From the NCBI GenBank assembly GCA_030841085.1, contig JAVEDP010000007.1, forward strand, positions 15,129-79,128: a DNA stretch of 64,000 bases, written 5' to 3'. Origin of the DNA: Pyrinomonadaceae bacterium. Its GTDB lineage: Bacteria; Acidobacteriota; Blastocatellia; Pyrinomonadales; Pyrinomonadaceae. The notes below the pieces were generated by a model that did no database searches, had not been told where the DNA came from, and saw only the letters and a list, made by a program, of their open reading frames with translations. Positions 45,164-54,307 of this stretch are shown one piece after another. Both the position numbers and the translations under genes were made by a program. The first letter of the stretch is position 1, and each line of letters opens with the position of its first letter.

Positions 45164-45772
45164 ATGGTTGATCTGATTCCGTCGTCTGACACCGTAATGC
45201 AGATGCTGAAGCGCACCGGCGCTTTTCGCGAAGGCCACTTCGTTTATCCCAACGGCAAGCACTCGCCGCATTATTTTCAGATGCCGCTCGCGTTTCGTTA
45301 CTACGATACTGCGCGTGTGTTGGCCGTTGCGCTGAGCAGAAAATTTCGCATCGATCGCGATGTCTCCAGCCAGTTGCCAAAGGTGTCGATCATCAGCCCC
45401 AGCTCCGGTGGGATTCCGGTAGCCTTTGGCGTGCGCGATGCATTGAGTGCGGAGCAGATTTACTGGGCCGAGCAGGAAGGCGGCAAGCGTATGTTCCGGC
45501 AGTACATCAATAAGGGCGAAGTGAACCCGTGCATCATCGTTGACGATATTATTCGCAGCGGCGCGGCGATCGAAGAGACGGTGAAGTTGGTGGAATCACT
45601 GGGCTCAAACATTATTGGCTGCGGCGCAATCGTGCGGTTTGACTCAGCGCCGGATACCGTACAAGGCGTGCCCATTAAGTCGTTGGTCACGTTTAATGCG
45701 CACATGTACGACAGCGGCGATGCCTGCTCCGATTGCGTGAAGGGCGCACCGGTTGAGAATGTTCGGTTCTAA
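45164..45772 (+). CDS. Phosphoribosyltransferase (orotate PRT-like)
   Basis: PRPP-binding loop CIIVDDIIRSGAAI, about 200 aa. Substrate not determinable from sequence alone. Confidence 0.7.
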   Translation: MVDLIPSSDTVMQMLKRTGAFREGHFVYPNGKHSPHYFQMPLAFRYYDTARVLAVALSRKFRIDRDVSSQLPKVSIISPSSGGIPVAFGVRDALSAEQIYWAEQEGGKRMFRQYINKGEVNPCIIVDDIIRSGAAIEETVKLVESLGSNIIGCGAIVRFDSAPDTVQGVPIKSLVTFNAHMYDSGDACSDCVKGAPVENVRF

Positions 45773-45799
45773 ATCTTGAGGGCGCTAAGTTGAAAGCAA

Positions 45800-45960
45800 A
45801 GAAATTTACCATTTGCCATTTACCATTTGTCATTGCCGAAAACTGCAACGCACTTAGCAAACGAGGTTTACCTTCATACTAAGCTCGTACCTAAGAGCCG
45901 TTCGCGTTGTCCTTGGTTGAAATGACAAATGAGAAATGGTAAATGGCAAATGGTAAATCT
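45800..45960. repeat. Heptamer-armed hairpin (CCATTTG-type), copy 3, between convergent genes
   Basis: The left arm (45800-45834) and right arm (45920-45960) are complementary, with an 85-nt loop. Confidence 0.9.
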
Positions 45961-45983
45961 CTTTTCTTCTCAACCGTCCAGTT

Positions 45984-46598
45984 CTAGATCTCACGTCTGT
46001 TAGACAGCGCCTTATCCATCGTTACTTCGTCAACGTATTCCAAATCGCTGCCCACCGGCATGCCCATCGCAATGCGCGTGACGAGCAGGCCCAGAGGTTT
46101 TAATAAGCGGCCGATGTAGTTTGCGGTTGCTTCGCCTTCGGTGGTTGGGTTCGTTGCCAGAATGACTTCGCTGACTTCCACGCCGTCATTGTTTTCCGGT
46201 TTCAGACGCGGCAACAGGTTGGCGAGATGGAGTTCGTTTGGACCAATGTGACGCATAGGCGAGAGGCTGCCGTGAAGTACGTGATAGACACCTTTGAAGC
46301 TGCGGGTTTTTTCGACCGCGACCATGCTGTGCGGTTCTTCGACGACGCAAATGACGGAATGATCGCGCGAGGTAGAGGCGCAGATGCGGCAGGGATCGAT
46401 TTCGGTGAGGTTATTGCAGACCGAGCAAAGGACGATGCGTTGCTTTACATCGCGCACCGCCGTCAGCAAACGATCGAGCTCGTTTTCCGGCGTGCGCATG
46501 ATGTGAAAAGCGAGCCGCTGCGCGGACTTGTGGCCGATGCCGGGCAAGCGTTTTAGCTCATCGATTAGTTTAGTGACGGGTTCGGCGTATTCTAACAT
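45984..46598 (-). CDS. recR: Recombination protein RecR
   Basis: HhH motif (LPGIGHKSAQRLA), C4 zinc finger (CSVCNNLTEIDPCRIC) and a Toprim domain. Confidence 0.96.
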   Translation of the reverse strand: MLEYAEPVTKLIDELKRLPGIGHKSAQRLAFHIMRTPENELDRLLTAVRDVKQRIVLCSVCNNLTEIDPCRICASTSRDHSVICVVEEPHSMVAVEKTRSFKGVYHVLHGSLSPMRHIGPNELHLANLLPRLKPENNDGVEVSEVILATNPTTEGEATANYIGRLLKPLGLLVTRIAMGMPVGSDLEYVDEVTMDKALSNRREI

Positions 46599-46696
46599 TT
46601 GGTTTTGGTCTTAGGTCTTTGGGCTTTGGTCTTTGAGAAAAAACCGCGAGTCCCACCAAAGGCCCAAGACCAAAGACCAAAGTCCAAAGACCGAAA
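46599..46696. repeat. Heptamer-armed hairpin (GGTCTTT-type), copy 2, ybaB-recR gap
   Basis: The left arm (46599-46635) starts immediately next to the recR start codon. The right arm (46657-46696) is its complement. Confidence 0.9.
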
Positions 46697-46717
46697 TGGC
46701 AAGCAGTCAGAATTCGC

Positions 46718-47035
46718 TTAACCTAATAATCCACCTAATCCGGGCGGCAACATCCCGCCCAGCTTCCCCTTCATGGCTTCGTCAACTTTGCGATTGGCCT
46801 CGTTGATGGCCGCGAGGATCATGTCCTGGAGCATTTCCACGTCGCCTTCCTTGACCGCTTCCGGATCGATCTTAAGGGAAACGATTTCATGATTACCTTT
46901 CATCTGCACGGTGACAACGCCGCCACCCGCTGAAGCTTCTGCGCGCATCTCTTCCATTTCCTTCGACATCTTTTCCTGCATCACCTGCGCCTGCTTCATC
47001 ATCTGCTGAATGTTTAAGCCACCGGGAAATTTCAT
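46718..47035 (-). CDS. ybaB: Nucleoid-associated protein YbaB/EbfC
   Basis: 105 aa: MMKQAQ.MQEKM......E..A.AGGG.V.V...G pattern. It sits directly upstream of recR, the conserved arrangement. Confidence 0.93.
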   Translation of the reverse strand: MKFPGGLNIQQMMKQAQVMQEKMSKEMEEMRAEASAGGGVVTVQMKGNHEIVSLKIDPEAVKEGDVEMLQDMILAAINEANRKVDEAMKGKLGGMLPPGLGGLLG

Positions 47036-47165
47036 TGCTCGCCCCTCTCTAAAGTAATCGATTGGTTAATTGCTGCTTTGTGGCATCGTAGCTTTCATTA
47101 GATGCGAATGCAACGAGGCCCGGACTAACGCTCCTCATTCTGTATCTGCTATAAGCTTGCGACAA

Positions 47166-47855
47166 ATGGCCGGCCCAGAAACTTCCCAAAGCGTAGAAAA
47201 AACTATCAATGCCGACATCAAACTGTATTACGATCTGCATGCTGCTGCACAAGCTTCCGCGCCTTTGCTGATTGCGCTGCACGGTTATGGCGCAAACAAG
47301 AAACAAATGATGCGCGAGGCGCTGCAAATGGCGCCGGAGGGATTTGCCGTTGTCTCGCTACAGGGATTTCATCAACATTTAAAGGAGCCGAAAGAGCCCG
47401 GTGGTCCATTGCGCTTCGGCTTTGGCTGGCTTTCTAATTTTCATCCGGAAGACTCGGTGCGCGTTCACCACCAGGCACTTTTAGATCTCATGCAAATATT
47501 GAGTGACGATAAGACCATTGATCCAAAGCGAGTGTTTCTGCTCGGCTTTTCCCAAACCTGCGCGTTGAATTATCGTTTCGCATTCACACATCCTGAAGTT
47601 CTGCGCGGCGTTATTGGAATTTGTGGCGGCTTGCCCGGAGACTGGGAGAGCAGCGAGAGCTATAAACCAACAGGCGCCGCGGTGTTTCACCTGGCCGGAG
47701 AGAAGGATGAGTTTTATCCTCCGCAGCGCGTGAGCGATTACGAAGCGCGCTTGAAACTGCGGTCACAGAATGTCGAGTTCAAGAGTTACGACGCGGCGCA
47801 CGAGATTGTGCCGGCAATGCGCGAAGATGTCAGAACGTGGTTACGGAAAGGATAG
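47166..47855 (+). CDS. Carboxylesterase/phospholipase-family alpha/beta hydrolase
   Basis: LHGYGAN and GFSQT (G-x-S-x-G-like) motifs and a C-terminal His. I chose the ATG at 47166. Confidence 0.75.
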   Translation: MAGPETSQSVEKTINADIKLYYDLHAAAQASAPLLIALHGYGANKKQMMREALQMAPEGFAVVSLQGFHQHLKEPKEPGGPLRFGFGWLSNFHPEDSVRVHHQALLDLMQILSDDKTIDPKRVFLLGFSQTCALNYRFAFTHPEVLRGVIGICGGLPGDWESSESYKPTGAAVFHLAGEKDEFYPPQRVSDYEARLKLRSQNVEFKSYDAAHEIVPAMREDVRTWLRKG

Positions 47856-48314
47856 ATGAAAAGAATGCGATACAGAATATTAATAGCGACGAGTTTATTA
47901 CTGTTACTTGGCGTGACTTCAGCCTCTGCTCAAACAAGAGCAGCAAGAGACGCCAAGGCCATTCAGGCTGTCCTCGACGCGCAAGTCGCAGCTTGGAACC
48001 GCGGCGACATTGAAGGCTTTATGGATGGTTACGAACATTCCGAAAAAACGGTTTTCGTCGGTGGCGATAACGTGACTCGCGGCTGGCAGACTGTGTTGGA
48101 CCGTTACAAGAGAAATTACGACACGCGTGAGAAGATGGGCACCTTGAAATTTTCCGATCTGGAAATCACGCCCTTGGGAAACGACGGCGCGCTGGTTCTA
48201 ATGCGCTGGCATTTGCAGCGCGCCAAGGACGAGCCACACGGAAGATCGACGCTGATTATGCGACGCACAAAACAAGGTTGGAAAATCGTGCACGATCATT
48301 CGTCTGCAGCCTAA
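47856..48314 (+). CDS. Secreted SnoaL-like/DUF4440 (NTF2-fold) protein
   Basis: Signal peptide, then QAVLDAQVAAWNRGDIEGFM and a C-terminal GWKIVHDH pattern. Confidence 0.75.
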   Translation: MKRMRYRILIATSLLLLLGVTSASAQTRAARDAKAIQAVLDAQVAAWNRGDIEGFMDGYEHSEKTVFVGGDNVTRGWQTVLDRYKRNYDTREKMGTLKFSDLEITPLGNDGALVLMRWHLQRAKDEPHGRSTLIMRRTKQGWKIVHDHSSAA

Positions 48315-48364
48315 GTCTAGTTTGCTCAAGTTCAAAACTTCATAGATGGAAAGAATGCAGGCAA

Positions 48365-48480
48365 TGCAGAAACCGCGAGCGGTAGCGACCGGATGCTGAA
48401 CTAAACGTCTTAATGAAGAGCGTTATGGAGCCGGTCGCAAGTGTTTGTAGCATCCGGTCGCTATCGCTCGCGGTTCTGCA
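48365..48480. repeat. GAGCGGTAGCGACC-core hairpin (copy 2)
   Basis: Arms 48365-48396 and 48450-48480 are complementary. The core is shared with 4101-4234. Confidence 0.85.
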
Positions 48481-48560
48481 TTTAAGCTGGCGCGTATCCC
48501 CGCATTGTGATAATCAATGGCCCGCGAAACATTTCAACCCCGACCCCCCTGAAGGAGGAT

Positions 48561-48979
48561 ATGAATATGAATTTCGGACGCGTTTTTCTCGGCGGCCTGC
48601 TTGCCGGTCTGATTCTGAACATCGGTGAATTCTTGCTGAACGAAAAAGTTTGAAAAGCCAGATGGAAGCCTTTTTAACTGCGCACAATTTCAAGAACCCG
48701 GGCAGCAATTTCATTATCATCGCTGTCGTGATGACCTTCCTACTCGGTATCGTGGCTGTCTGGCTCTATGCGCTGATCAGACCGCGACTCGGCCCGGGGC
48801 CGAAGGCGGCCATCGTTGCTGCGCTGATACTCTGGTTTGGAATTTACCTCTACAGTGGCATCATCAATGGTGTTCTGTTCGCAATTCCCACCAATGCGTT
48901 GCTGATTGGAATTGTCTGGGGCCTGGTCGAATACATTATCGCGACGATTGCCGGCGCCTGGGCTTACAAAGAAGCGTAA
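48561..48979 (+). pseudogene. Small polytopic membrane protein gene split by a -1 frame change at an A5 run
   Basis: A GGAGG Shine-Dalgarno and ATG (48561 or 48567) open MNMNFGRVFLGGLLAGLILNIGEFLLNEKV, which stops at 48651-48653. The -1 frame is open from 48629 and continues as ...LKSQMEAFLTAHNF... to 48979. The second piece has no Shine-Dalgarno of its own. Confidence 0.55.
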
Positions 48980-48993
48980 CGAGCTAACCAGCA

Positions 48994-50250
48994 TTGTCTC
49001 AAACACTCGCTGTTATTAACTGTTCACAACTTGTAACTCTTTCCGGGCCTGCTCGTCCGCGAGTCGGCCCGGAGCTGTGTCAACTTTCGATCGTCGCAGA
49101 CGGTGGCATGCTCATACGCGACGGTCGGATCGCGACGGTTGGCACGCGTTCTGAAGTCGAGAAGCTGATTGATAACGACTGCGAGGTTGTTGATGCAGGC
49201 GGTCGCATAGTTTTGCCAGGCTTTGTCGATGCGCACGCGCATCCTGTGTTCGCCGGGACGCGTGCAAATGAATTCGAAGAACGATCTCAAGGTGCTAGCT
49301 ATCAGGAGATAGCAGCGCGCGGCGGCGGCATCCAGTCAACCGTAAACGCGACGCGCGCTGCGACGCTCGACGGTTTAGTCGCTTCGGGAAAGCGTTACGC
49401 GGAATGGTTCATCCGCAGCGGCACCACTACCGTCGAAGCAAAATCCGGATATGGCTTGACGGTTGAAGATGAATTAAAGACTCTGCGCGCGATTAAGCGG
49501 CTTGACGAGGAAACGCCGCTTCGTTATGTGCCGACGTTTCTCGGCGCGCATTCGATTCCCGCCGAATACAAATCGCGTCGCGAAGAATATGTTTCGCTGA
49601 TCATTGACGAGATGTTGCCGCGTATTGCGCAGGAGGAACTGGCCGAATACTGCGATGTCTTTTGCGAAGCAAACGTTTTCACGACCGACGAATCGCGCCG
49701 GATTCTTTCCGCCGCACGCGCTCAGGGGCTGGGACTGAGAATCCACGCCGATCAGTTATCGTTGTCAGGCGGAGCGCAATTGGCGGCCGAACTGGGTGCC
49801 ACCACGGCCGATCATCTTGAATACACGGATACGGCAGGAATCGCGGCGCTGAAGTCAGCAGGTGTGCAGCCAGTGCTTTTGCCCGGTTCGGTTTATGCGC
49901 TTGGCTCGAGCCATTATCCGGCAGCACGCGAGATGATTGCTGCCGGTCTTGCCGTGGTGCTCGCTACAGATTTCAATCCCGGCTCATCGCCGACGCCGTC
50001 GATGCCGATGATTCTTTCGCTTGCTTCGACGCAGATGAAGATGACGCCGGCGGAATCGATCACTGCGGCGACTATTAACGCGGCCTACAGTTTGAATCGC
50101 GGCGACAAAATCGGCTCACTCGAAGCAGGGAAGGTTGCGGACTTTGTGATTTACGACTGCTACGATTATCGCGACCTCGCTTATTTTTTTGGGATCGAAC
50201 ATCCGTGGCGGGTTTATACAGGCGCGCGCCAGGTATTCCGGCGGTTGTAA
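48994..50250 (+). CDS. hutI: Imidazolonepropionase
   Basis: [40 protein letters not shown] and DFNPGSSP motifs, colinear with HutI. Confidence 0.93.
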   Translation: MSQTLAVINCSQLVTLSGPARPRVGPELCQLSIVADGGMLIRDGRIATVGTRSEVEKLIDNDCEVVDAGGRIVLPGFVDAHAHPVFAGTRANEFEERSQGASYQEIAARGGGIQSTVNATRAATLDGLVASGKRYAEWFIRSGTTTVEAKSGYGLTVEDELKTLRAIKRLDEETPLRYVPTFLGAHSIPAEYKSRREEYVSLIIDEMLPRIAQEELAEYCDVFCEANVFTTDESRRILSAARAQGLGLRIHADQLSLSGGAQLAAELGATTADHLEYTDTAGIAALKSAGVQPVLLPGSVYALGSSHYPAAREMIAAGLAVVLATDFNPGSSPTPSMPMILSLASTQMKMTPAESITAATINAAYSLNRGDKIGSLEAGKVADFVIYDCYDYRDLAYFFGIEHPWRVYTGARQVFRRL

Positions 50251-50345
50251 AGCAAACTGTTAGTTTGCGGACGAGGCATTGAAACTTCGTGCCGTAAGCC
50301 AACGGATTGCTCGCCAACGGCCGCAAACTAACAGTTTGCTTTACG
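50246..50345. repeat. TGTAAAGCAAACTGTTAGTTTGCG-family element (copy 3)
   Basis: Arms 50246-50270 (overlapping the hutI stop) and 50321-50345. The 50-nt loop is about four fifths identical to the loop of copy 4. Confidence 0.9.
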
Positions 50346-50369
50346 ATTTGGACGAAGCATAAAAATCAT

Positions 50370-50398
50370 TTGACGCATCAACTGTTGTATTTTATTAT
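50370..50398 (+). promoter_or_regulatory. Sigma-70-like promoter (TTGACG-17 nt-TATTAT)
   Basis: -35 at 50370-50375 and -10 at 50393-50398, with an exact 17-nt spacer. No annotated gene lies immediately downstream. Confidence 0.5.
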
Positions 50399-50404
50399 GC
50401 CCTC

Positions 50405-50635
50405 CAACACTGGAAAGGAGGTGATTCAAAAATATATGAGTTCTTATCACAGTGAGGTGGCTGCGGCCTGACCTCTGAACCAGAAACTACTTGTTAGGAT
50501 TTAGGTTCAGTTGTCTTACTGCAAAGTGCTCCTCCTTTTCAGGAAGCTGCACACCCAGTTAGTCCACAGGCCAATCCGAACAGTTCACCGAAGCCGTCCA
50601 TGATCCTCCGGGATTCTGGACGGCTTTCACTTTTG
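50405..50635 (+). ncRNA. Candidate small RNA or leader transcript (about 230 nt), class unknown
   Basis: It is bounded by the promoter above and an intrinsic-terminator-like hairpin. It contains a strong SD (AAAGGAGG, 50414-50421), an 11-codon ORF (50436-50471, MSSYHSEVAAA) and a perfect 8-nt anti-SD (CCTCCTTT, 50531-50538). Confidence 0.3.
50591..50635 (+). terminator. Intrinsic-terminator-like hairpin
   Basis: Stem AAGCCGTCCA / TGGACGGCTT (10 bp) with a 16-nt loop, followed by TCACTTTTG. Confidence 0.5.
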
Positions 50636-50657
50636 ATGTAAACCAAACTGTTAAGTC

Positions 50658-50757
50658 CGTAAAGCAAACTGTTAGTTTGCGGTCGAGGCATTGAAGCTTC
50701 GTGCCCGTAGGCTAACGGGTTGCTACCAACGTCCGCAAACTAACAGTTTGCTTTACG
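50658..50757. repeat. TGTAAAGCAAACTGTTAGTTTGCG-family element (copy 4)
   Basis: Arms 50659-50682 and 50733-50757. A degenerate half-site lies at 50637-50659, as in copy 1. Confidence 0.9.
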
Positions 50758-50830
50758 AAGGCCGCAACTTGCGCTCCGGCCACGCGAGTGAGAAATTAGG
50801 AATTCCCGGACAACAAGGAGAAAGTTTTAG

Positions 50831-53800
50831 TTGTCATCTGCTAATCCCCCCGTTTTTTATGATCCCGCGGGACGTCGTTGGCGCCGCGTCCGCCGCACCT
50901 GGCTCGCGCTTGCCGTGATCGTGACATCCATGGCGGGAATCTTTATCGCCAGCGTGTTGGTAAATCCTGTCTTGCCGAGCCTTAACGTTCGTCAGGTAGC
51001 CAGCCTGCCTAACAGTGCGGATATCAAGCCAAAATCACCCAGCGTCCCGGCAAATCCCAGCGAACAAAAAGCAAGAAAGGCACAGGCTGAACTGCAACAT
51101 GCCCTGGCACTGACCAGAGTTGTTCCCGGCCGGCGTCGTTCGCACGTTCCCATCGTTCCACCGCCGACGCTGCCGCCACCAATCGTACCGACAAACAGAC
51201 CGCTTTCCATCGGCTTTTACATTAACTGGGACGAGTCGAGTTACGCTTCATTGAAACGTAATTTGGATCATCTCGACTGGGTCATCGCCGAGTGGTCACA
51301 CCTGCAAACAGCTGCAGACGGCAGCGCGTCGTTGGTAACTGAAGTTGATGCGCCTGCGCTTAACTGGATTCGCCTGACGCGGCCGCAAGTTCAGGTAATT
51401 CCGATGGTCCAAAATCTGGTGGATGAAAAGTGGCAACCGGATTTGCTGACGCGCGCCGTGAGCGACGAGCCCGCCCGGCAGCGCCTGATCGCAGCGCTGG
51501 CCGACTTTGTGCAACAAAATAAATTTCCCGGAATTTGCATCGATTTTGAAGAGCCCCCGCCGGCGACGCAGCAGGCACTCTTAACTTTCATTCAGGAGTT
51601 GCATCAGCAGTTCGCAGCCAAAGGTTTGTTCGTCATTCAGGCCGTGCCTTTTGACGATCCCGATTGGCATTACAAAGATTATGCGGCGGCTACGGACTAT
51701 GTGATGTTGATGGCTTACGACCAGCATTGGGCCGGAAGCGATCCGGGTCCCGTGGCTGCGCAGGATTGGTACGAACGCATTATCGCTAAGCGAATGCAGG
51801 ATCTCGATCCCTCGAAAACGATCGTTGCGCTCGGAAGTTATGGATACAACTGGACTGAAGGGGAGAAAGACGCGGACGAAGTCACCTGTCAGGAAGCGTT
51901 GATTACCGCTAAAGAATCGGACGCGAAAATAATATTTGATCCAGCCACTCGCAATCCAAATTTTGAATACGACGAGGACGATGGCTCGCATCACATCGTT
52001 TGGTTTTTGGATGCGGTTACCGCCTATAACCAGATGCGCGCGGCGAGTGGCTTTAACCCGGCCGGCTTTGCAATTTGGCGTTTGGGTTCTGAAGATCCTT
52101 CAATTTGGTCCATCCTCGGCAATTCACAACCAGCTTCGGCAAATGTTTTGAGCCGTATCGTCTACGGCTACCAGGTTGACTTTCAAGGCTCAGGCGAGTT
52201 GCTGAAAGTCATGTACCGTCCACGCGATGGTTGGCGCAATCTGGATATCGATGGCGGCAATGGTTTCATAAACAACGAGGAGTTTGTAGTAACTCCTACG
52301 TCTTATGTTATTGAACGCGGCGGCGATCATCCGGGGATGATTGCGCTGACTTTTGACGATGGACCGGACCCGCGTTGGACACCGGCGATTCTTGACATCC
52401 TGAAGCGGGAAAATGTTCCAGCAACATTTTTCATCATCGGGAAAAACGGGCAGGCATACCCCGATCTGGTGCGGCGCATTGTCAACGAAGGTCATGAAAT
52501 TGGTAACCACACCTTCACCCATCCAAACCTCGGTGAAATTCCAGCCTCGCTTACTGAACTGGAACTCAATGCAACCCAGCGGCTGATCGAATCGCTGGTT
52601 GGCAGATCCGCGGTTCTGTTTCGCCCGCCGTATTTTGGCGATGCGGAAGCCGACAAGCCGCAGGAAGTAGAGCCCGCGTATCAGGCGCAGAACCTTGGTT
52701 ACCTGGTGGTCGGTGTACGCATCGATCCCGACGACTGGAAATTACCCGTAACGGCCGATCAAATCGTCCAACGAACAATCGATCGCGCTATGGATCACAA
52801 CCCGGAAACGCGTGGCGAAGTAGTGCTGCTTCACGATTCCGGTGGCGATCGCGCCGCCACGGTGCAGGCGTTGCCGGAACTAATTCACCAGTTGCGCGCG
52901 CGCGGATTTCAACTCGTGCCTGTTTCCGATCTGGCGGGACTAACTCGCGATCAGGTTATGCCGGTGATTCCCGCGAATCAGCGAGTGTTCACCCGCGCCG
53001 ATGCAATCACCTTTTTCTTTCTTTCAACCAGCGGCTGGACGTTGCAGTGGATCTACGTAATCGGAATTGTGCTTGGGTTGGGGCGACTGATTTTTATTGG
53101 CGCGTTGGCGTTTGCTCAATGGCTCAGGTCCCGCCGGCGCGAACGGCTGCATGCCGGTGAGCGCTATCGACCTTTCGTTTCGGTGCTGGTCCCGTCGTTT
53201 AACGAAGAACTCGTCATCCGAAATACGATCGACAGTTTGCTGGCGTCTGATTATGAGAACTATGAAGTGATCGTCGTTGACGACGGTTCGACAGATCGGA
53301 CCGGGGAAGTCGTTAAGGAAAGTTTTTCCGGCAACGATCGGGTGAGATTATTTTCGATTCCGAATGCCGGAAAAGCCACCGCTCTAAATTTCGGTTTGAA
53401 ACACGCGACCGGCGAGGTGGTGATCGCGCTTGATGCTGACACGCTTTTTGCGCCGCAGACGCTCGCGGCCCTGGCGCACCGCTTTTACGATCCGAAGATG
53501 GGCGCGGTCGCCGGCAATGCAAAGGTCGGCAACCGCATCAACCTCGTTACGCGCTGGCAAGCGCTTGAGTACATCACTTCGCAAAACATGGACCGTCGCG
53601 CCTTTGCCAGTTTGAACTGCATTACGGTTGTGCCCGGCGCGGTCGGCGCCTGGCGTAGCGATTTGCTTGAACGAGCGGGCGGTTTTCCCGGCGACACGCT
53701 TGCCGAGGATCAGGATCTAACGTTGAGAATTCGCCGGCTGGGATACAACATTGGCTACGAAGAAAACGCGATCGCCTGGACCGAAGCGCCTGATCGCCTG

Positions 53801-54286
53801 CGTTCGCTGGCGCGTCAGAGATTTCGCTGGGCCTACGGAACGTTGCAGTGCATGCGCAAACATCTGGATGCGCTGTTTCGTCCGCGCTACGGCACGCTCG
53901 GGTTCGTCGCGTTGCCGAACGTTTGGATTTTTCAAATTCTGTTTCCGCTGATTTCACCGGTGATGGACTTGATGCTGGGCTACACGTTGATTTCGGCGGG
54001 ACTCGATTGGCTGCAGCAACCGAAAGGTTATTCGTTTACAAACTTGCGCCAGGTGCTTTTTTACTATGCACTGTTTCTGGCCATCGACTGGGTGGCCGCC
54101 TGTTTCGCCTTTATGCTCGAAAAGAAAGAGCAGTGGCGCTTGCTTTGGTGGTTGTTTCTCCAGCGCTTTTGTTATCGGCAGGTGATGTACTACGTCATGA
54201 TCAAATCAGTCGCTGTAGCCACGAGCGGTAAGACCGTCGGCTGGGGCAAACTTGAACGCAAGGCGACGGCGGAAGCACAGTCGTAA
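50831..54286 (+). CDS. Tri-domain exopolysaccharide enzyme: GH18-like domain + CE4 (NodB) deacetylase + processive GT2 synthase
   Basis: TTG start with an AAGGAG Shine-Dalgarno. N-terminal TM helix. GH18-like PGICIDFEE (D-x-E retained). NodB motif ALTFDDGPDPRWTP...VPATFF. GT2 motifs VVDDGSTDRT, ALDADT and QRFRWAYG. Several TM helices flank the GT2 domain. Confidence 0.88.
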   Translation: MSSANPPVFYDPAGRRWRRVRRTWLALAVIVTSMAGIFIASVLVNPVLPSLNVRQVASLPNSADIKPKSPSVPANPSEQKARKAQAELQHALALTRVVPGRRRSHVPIVPPPTLPPPIVPTNRPLSIGFYINWDESSYASLKRNLDHLDWVIAEWSHLQTAADGSASLVTEVDAPALNWIRLTRPQVQVIPMVQNLVDEKWQPDLLTRAVSDEPARQRLIAALADFVQQNKFPGICIDFEEPPPATQQALLTFIQELHQQFAAKGLFVIQAVPFDDPDWHYKDYAAATDYVMLMAYDQHWAGSDPGPVAAQDWYERIIAKRMQDLDPSKTIVALGSYGYNWTEGEKDADEVTCQEALITAKESDAKIIFDPATRNPNFEYDEDDGSHHIVWFLDAVTAYNQMRAASGFNPAGFAIWRLGSEDPSIWSILGNSQPASANVLSRIVYGYQVDFQGSGELLKVMYRPRDGWRNLDIDGGNGFINNEEFVVTPTSYVIERGGDHPGMIALTFDDGPDPRWTPAILDILKRENVPATFFIIGKNGQAYPDLVRRIVNEGHEIGNHTFTHPNLGEIPASLTELELNATQRLIESLVGRSAVLFRPPYFGDAEADKPQEVEPAYQAQNLGYLVVGVRIDPDDWKLPVTADQIVQRTIDRAMDHNPETRGEVVLLHDSGGDRAATVQALPELIHQLRARGFQLVPVSDLAGLTRDQVMPVIPANQRVFTRADAITFFFLSTSGWTLQWIYVIGIVLGLGRLIFIGALAFAQWLRSRRRERLHAGERYRPFVSVLVPSFNEELVIRNTIDSLLASDYENYEVIVVDDGSTDRTGEVVKESFSGNDRVRLFSIPNAGKATALNFGLKHATGEVVIALDADTLFAPQTLAALAHRFYDPKMGAVAGNAKVGNRINLVTRWQALEYITSQNMDRRAFASLNCITVVPGAVGAWRSDLLERAGGFPGDTLAEDQDLTLRIRRLGYNIGYEENAIAWTEAPDRLRSLARQRFRWAYGTLQCMRKHLDALFRPRYGTLGFVALPNVWIFQILFPLISPVMDLMLGYTLISAGLDWLQQPKGYSFTNLRQVLFYYALFLAIDWVAACFAFMLEKKEQWRLLWWLFLQRFCYRQVMYYVMIKSVAVATSGKTVGWGKLERKATAEAQS

Positions 54287-54307
54287 CCAGTCATTCAACA
54301 AGGCAAC

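Noticed and set aside
50436-50471. Short ORF ending in AAA-stop, considered as a tmRNA tag reading frame
   Set aside because: There is no tRNA-like acceptor/T-arm (no GGGG...TCCACCA ends). The ORF has its own SD and ATG, which tmRNA tag frames lack. The unit is also too short for tmRNA.
50246-50757. Two near-identical 100-nt units 300 nt apart, considered as a mini CRISPR array
   Set aside because: Each unit is an inverted-repeat hairpin of a family dispersed across the window (also at 15987 and 31602). There are only two units, the spacing is irregular, and no cas genes are present.
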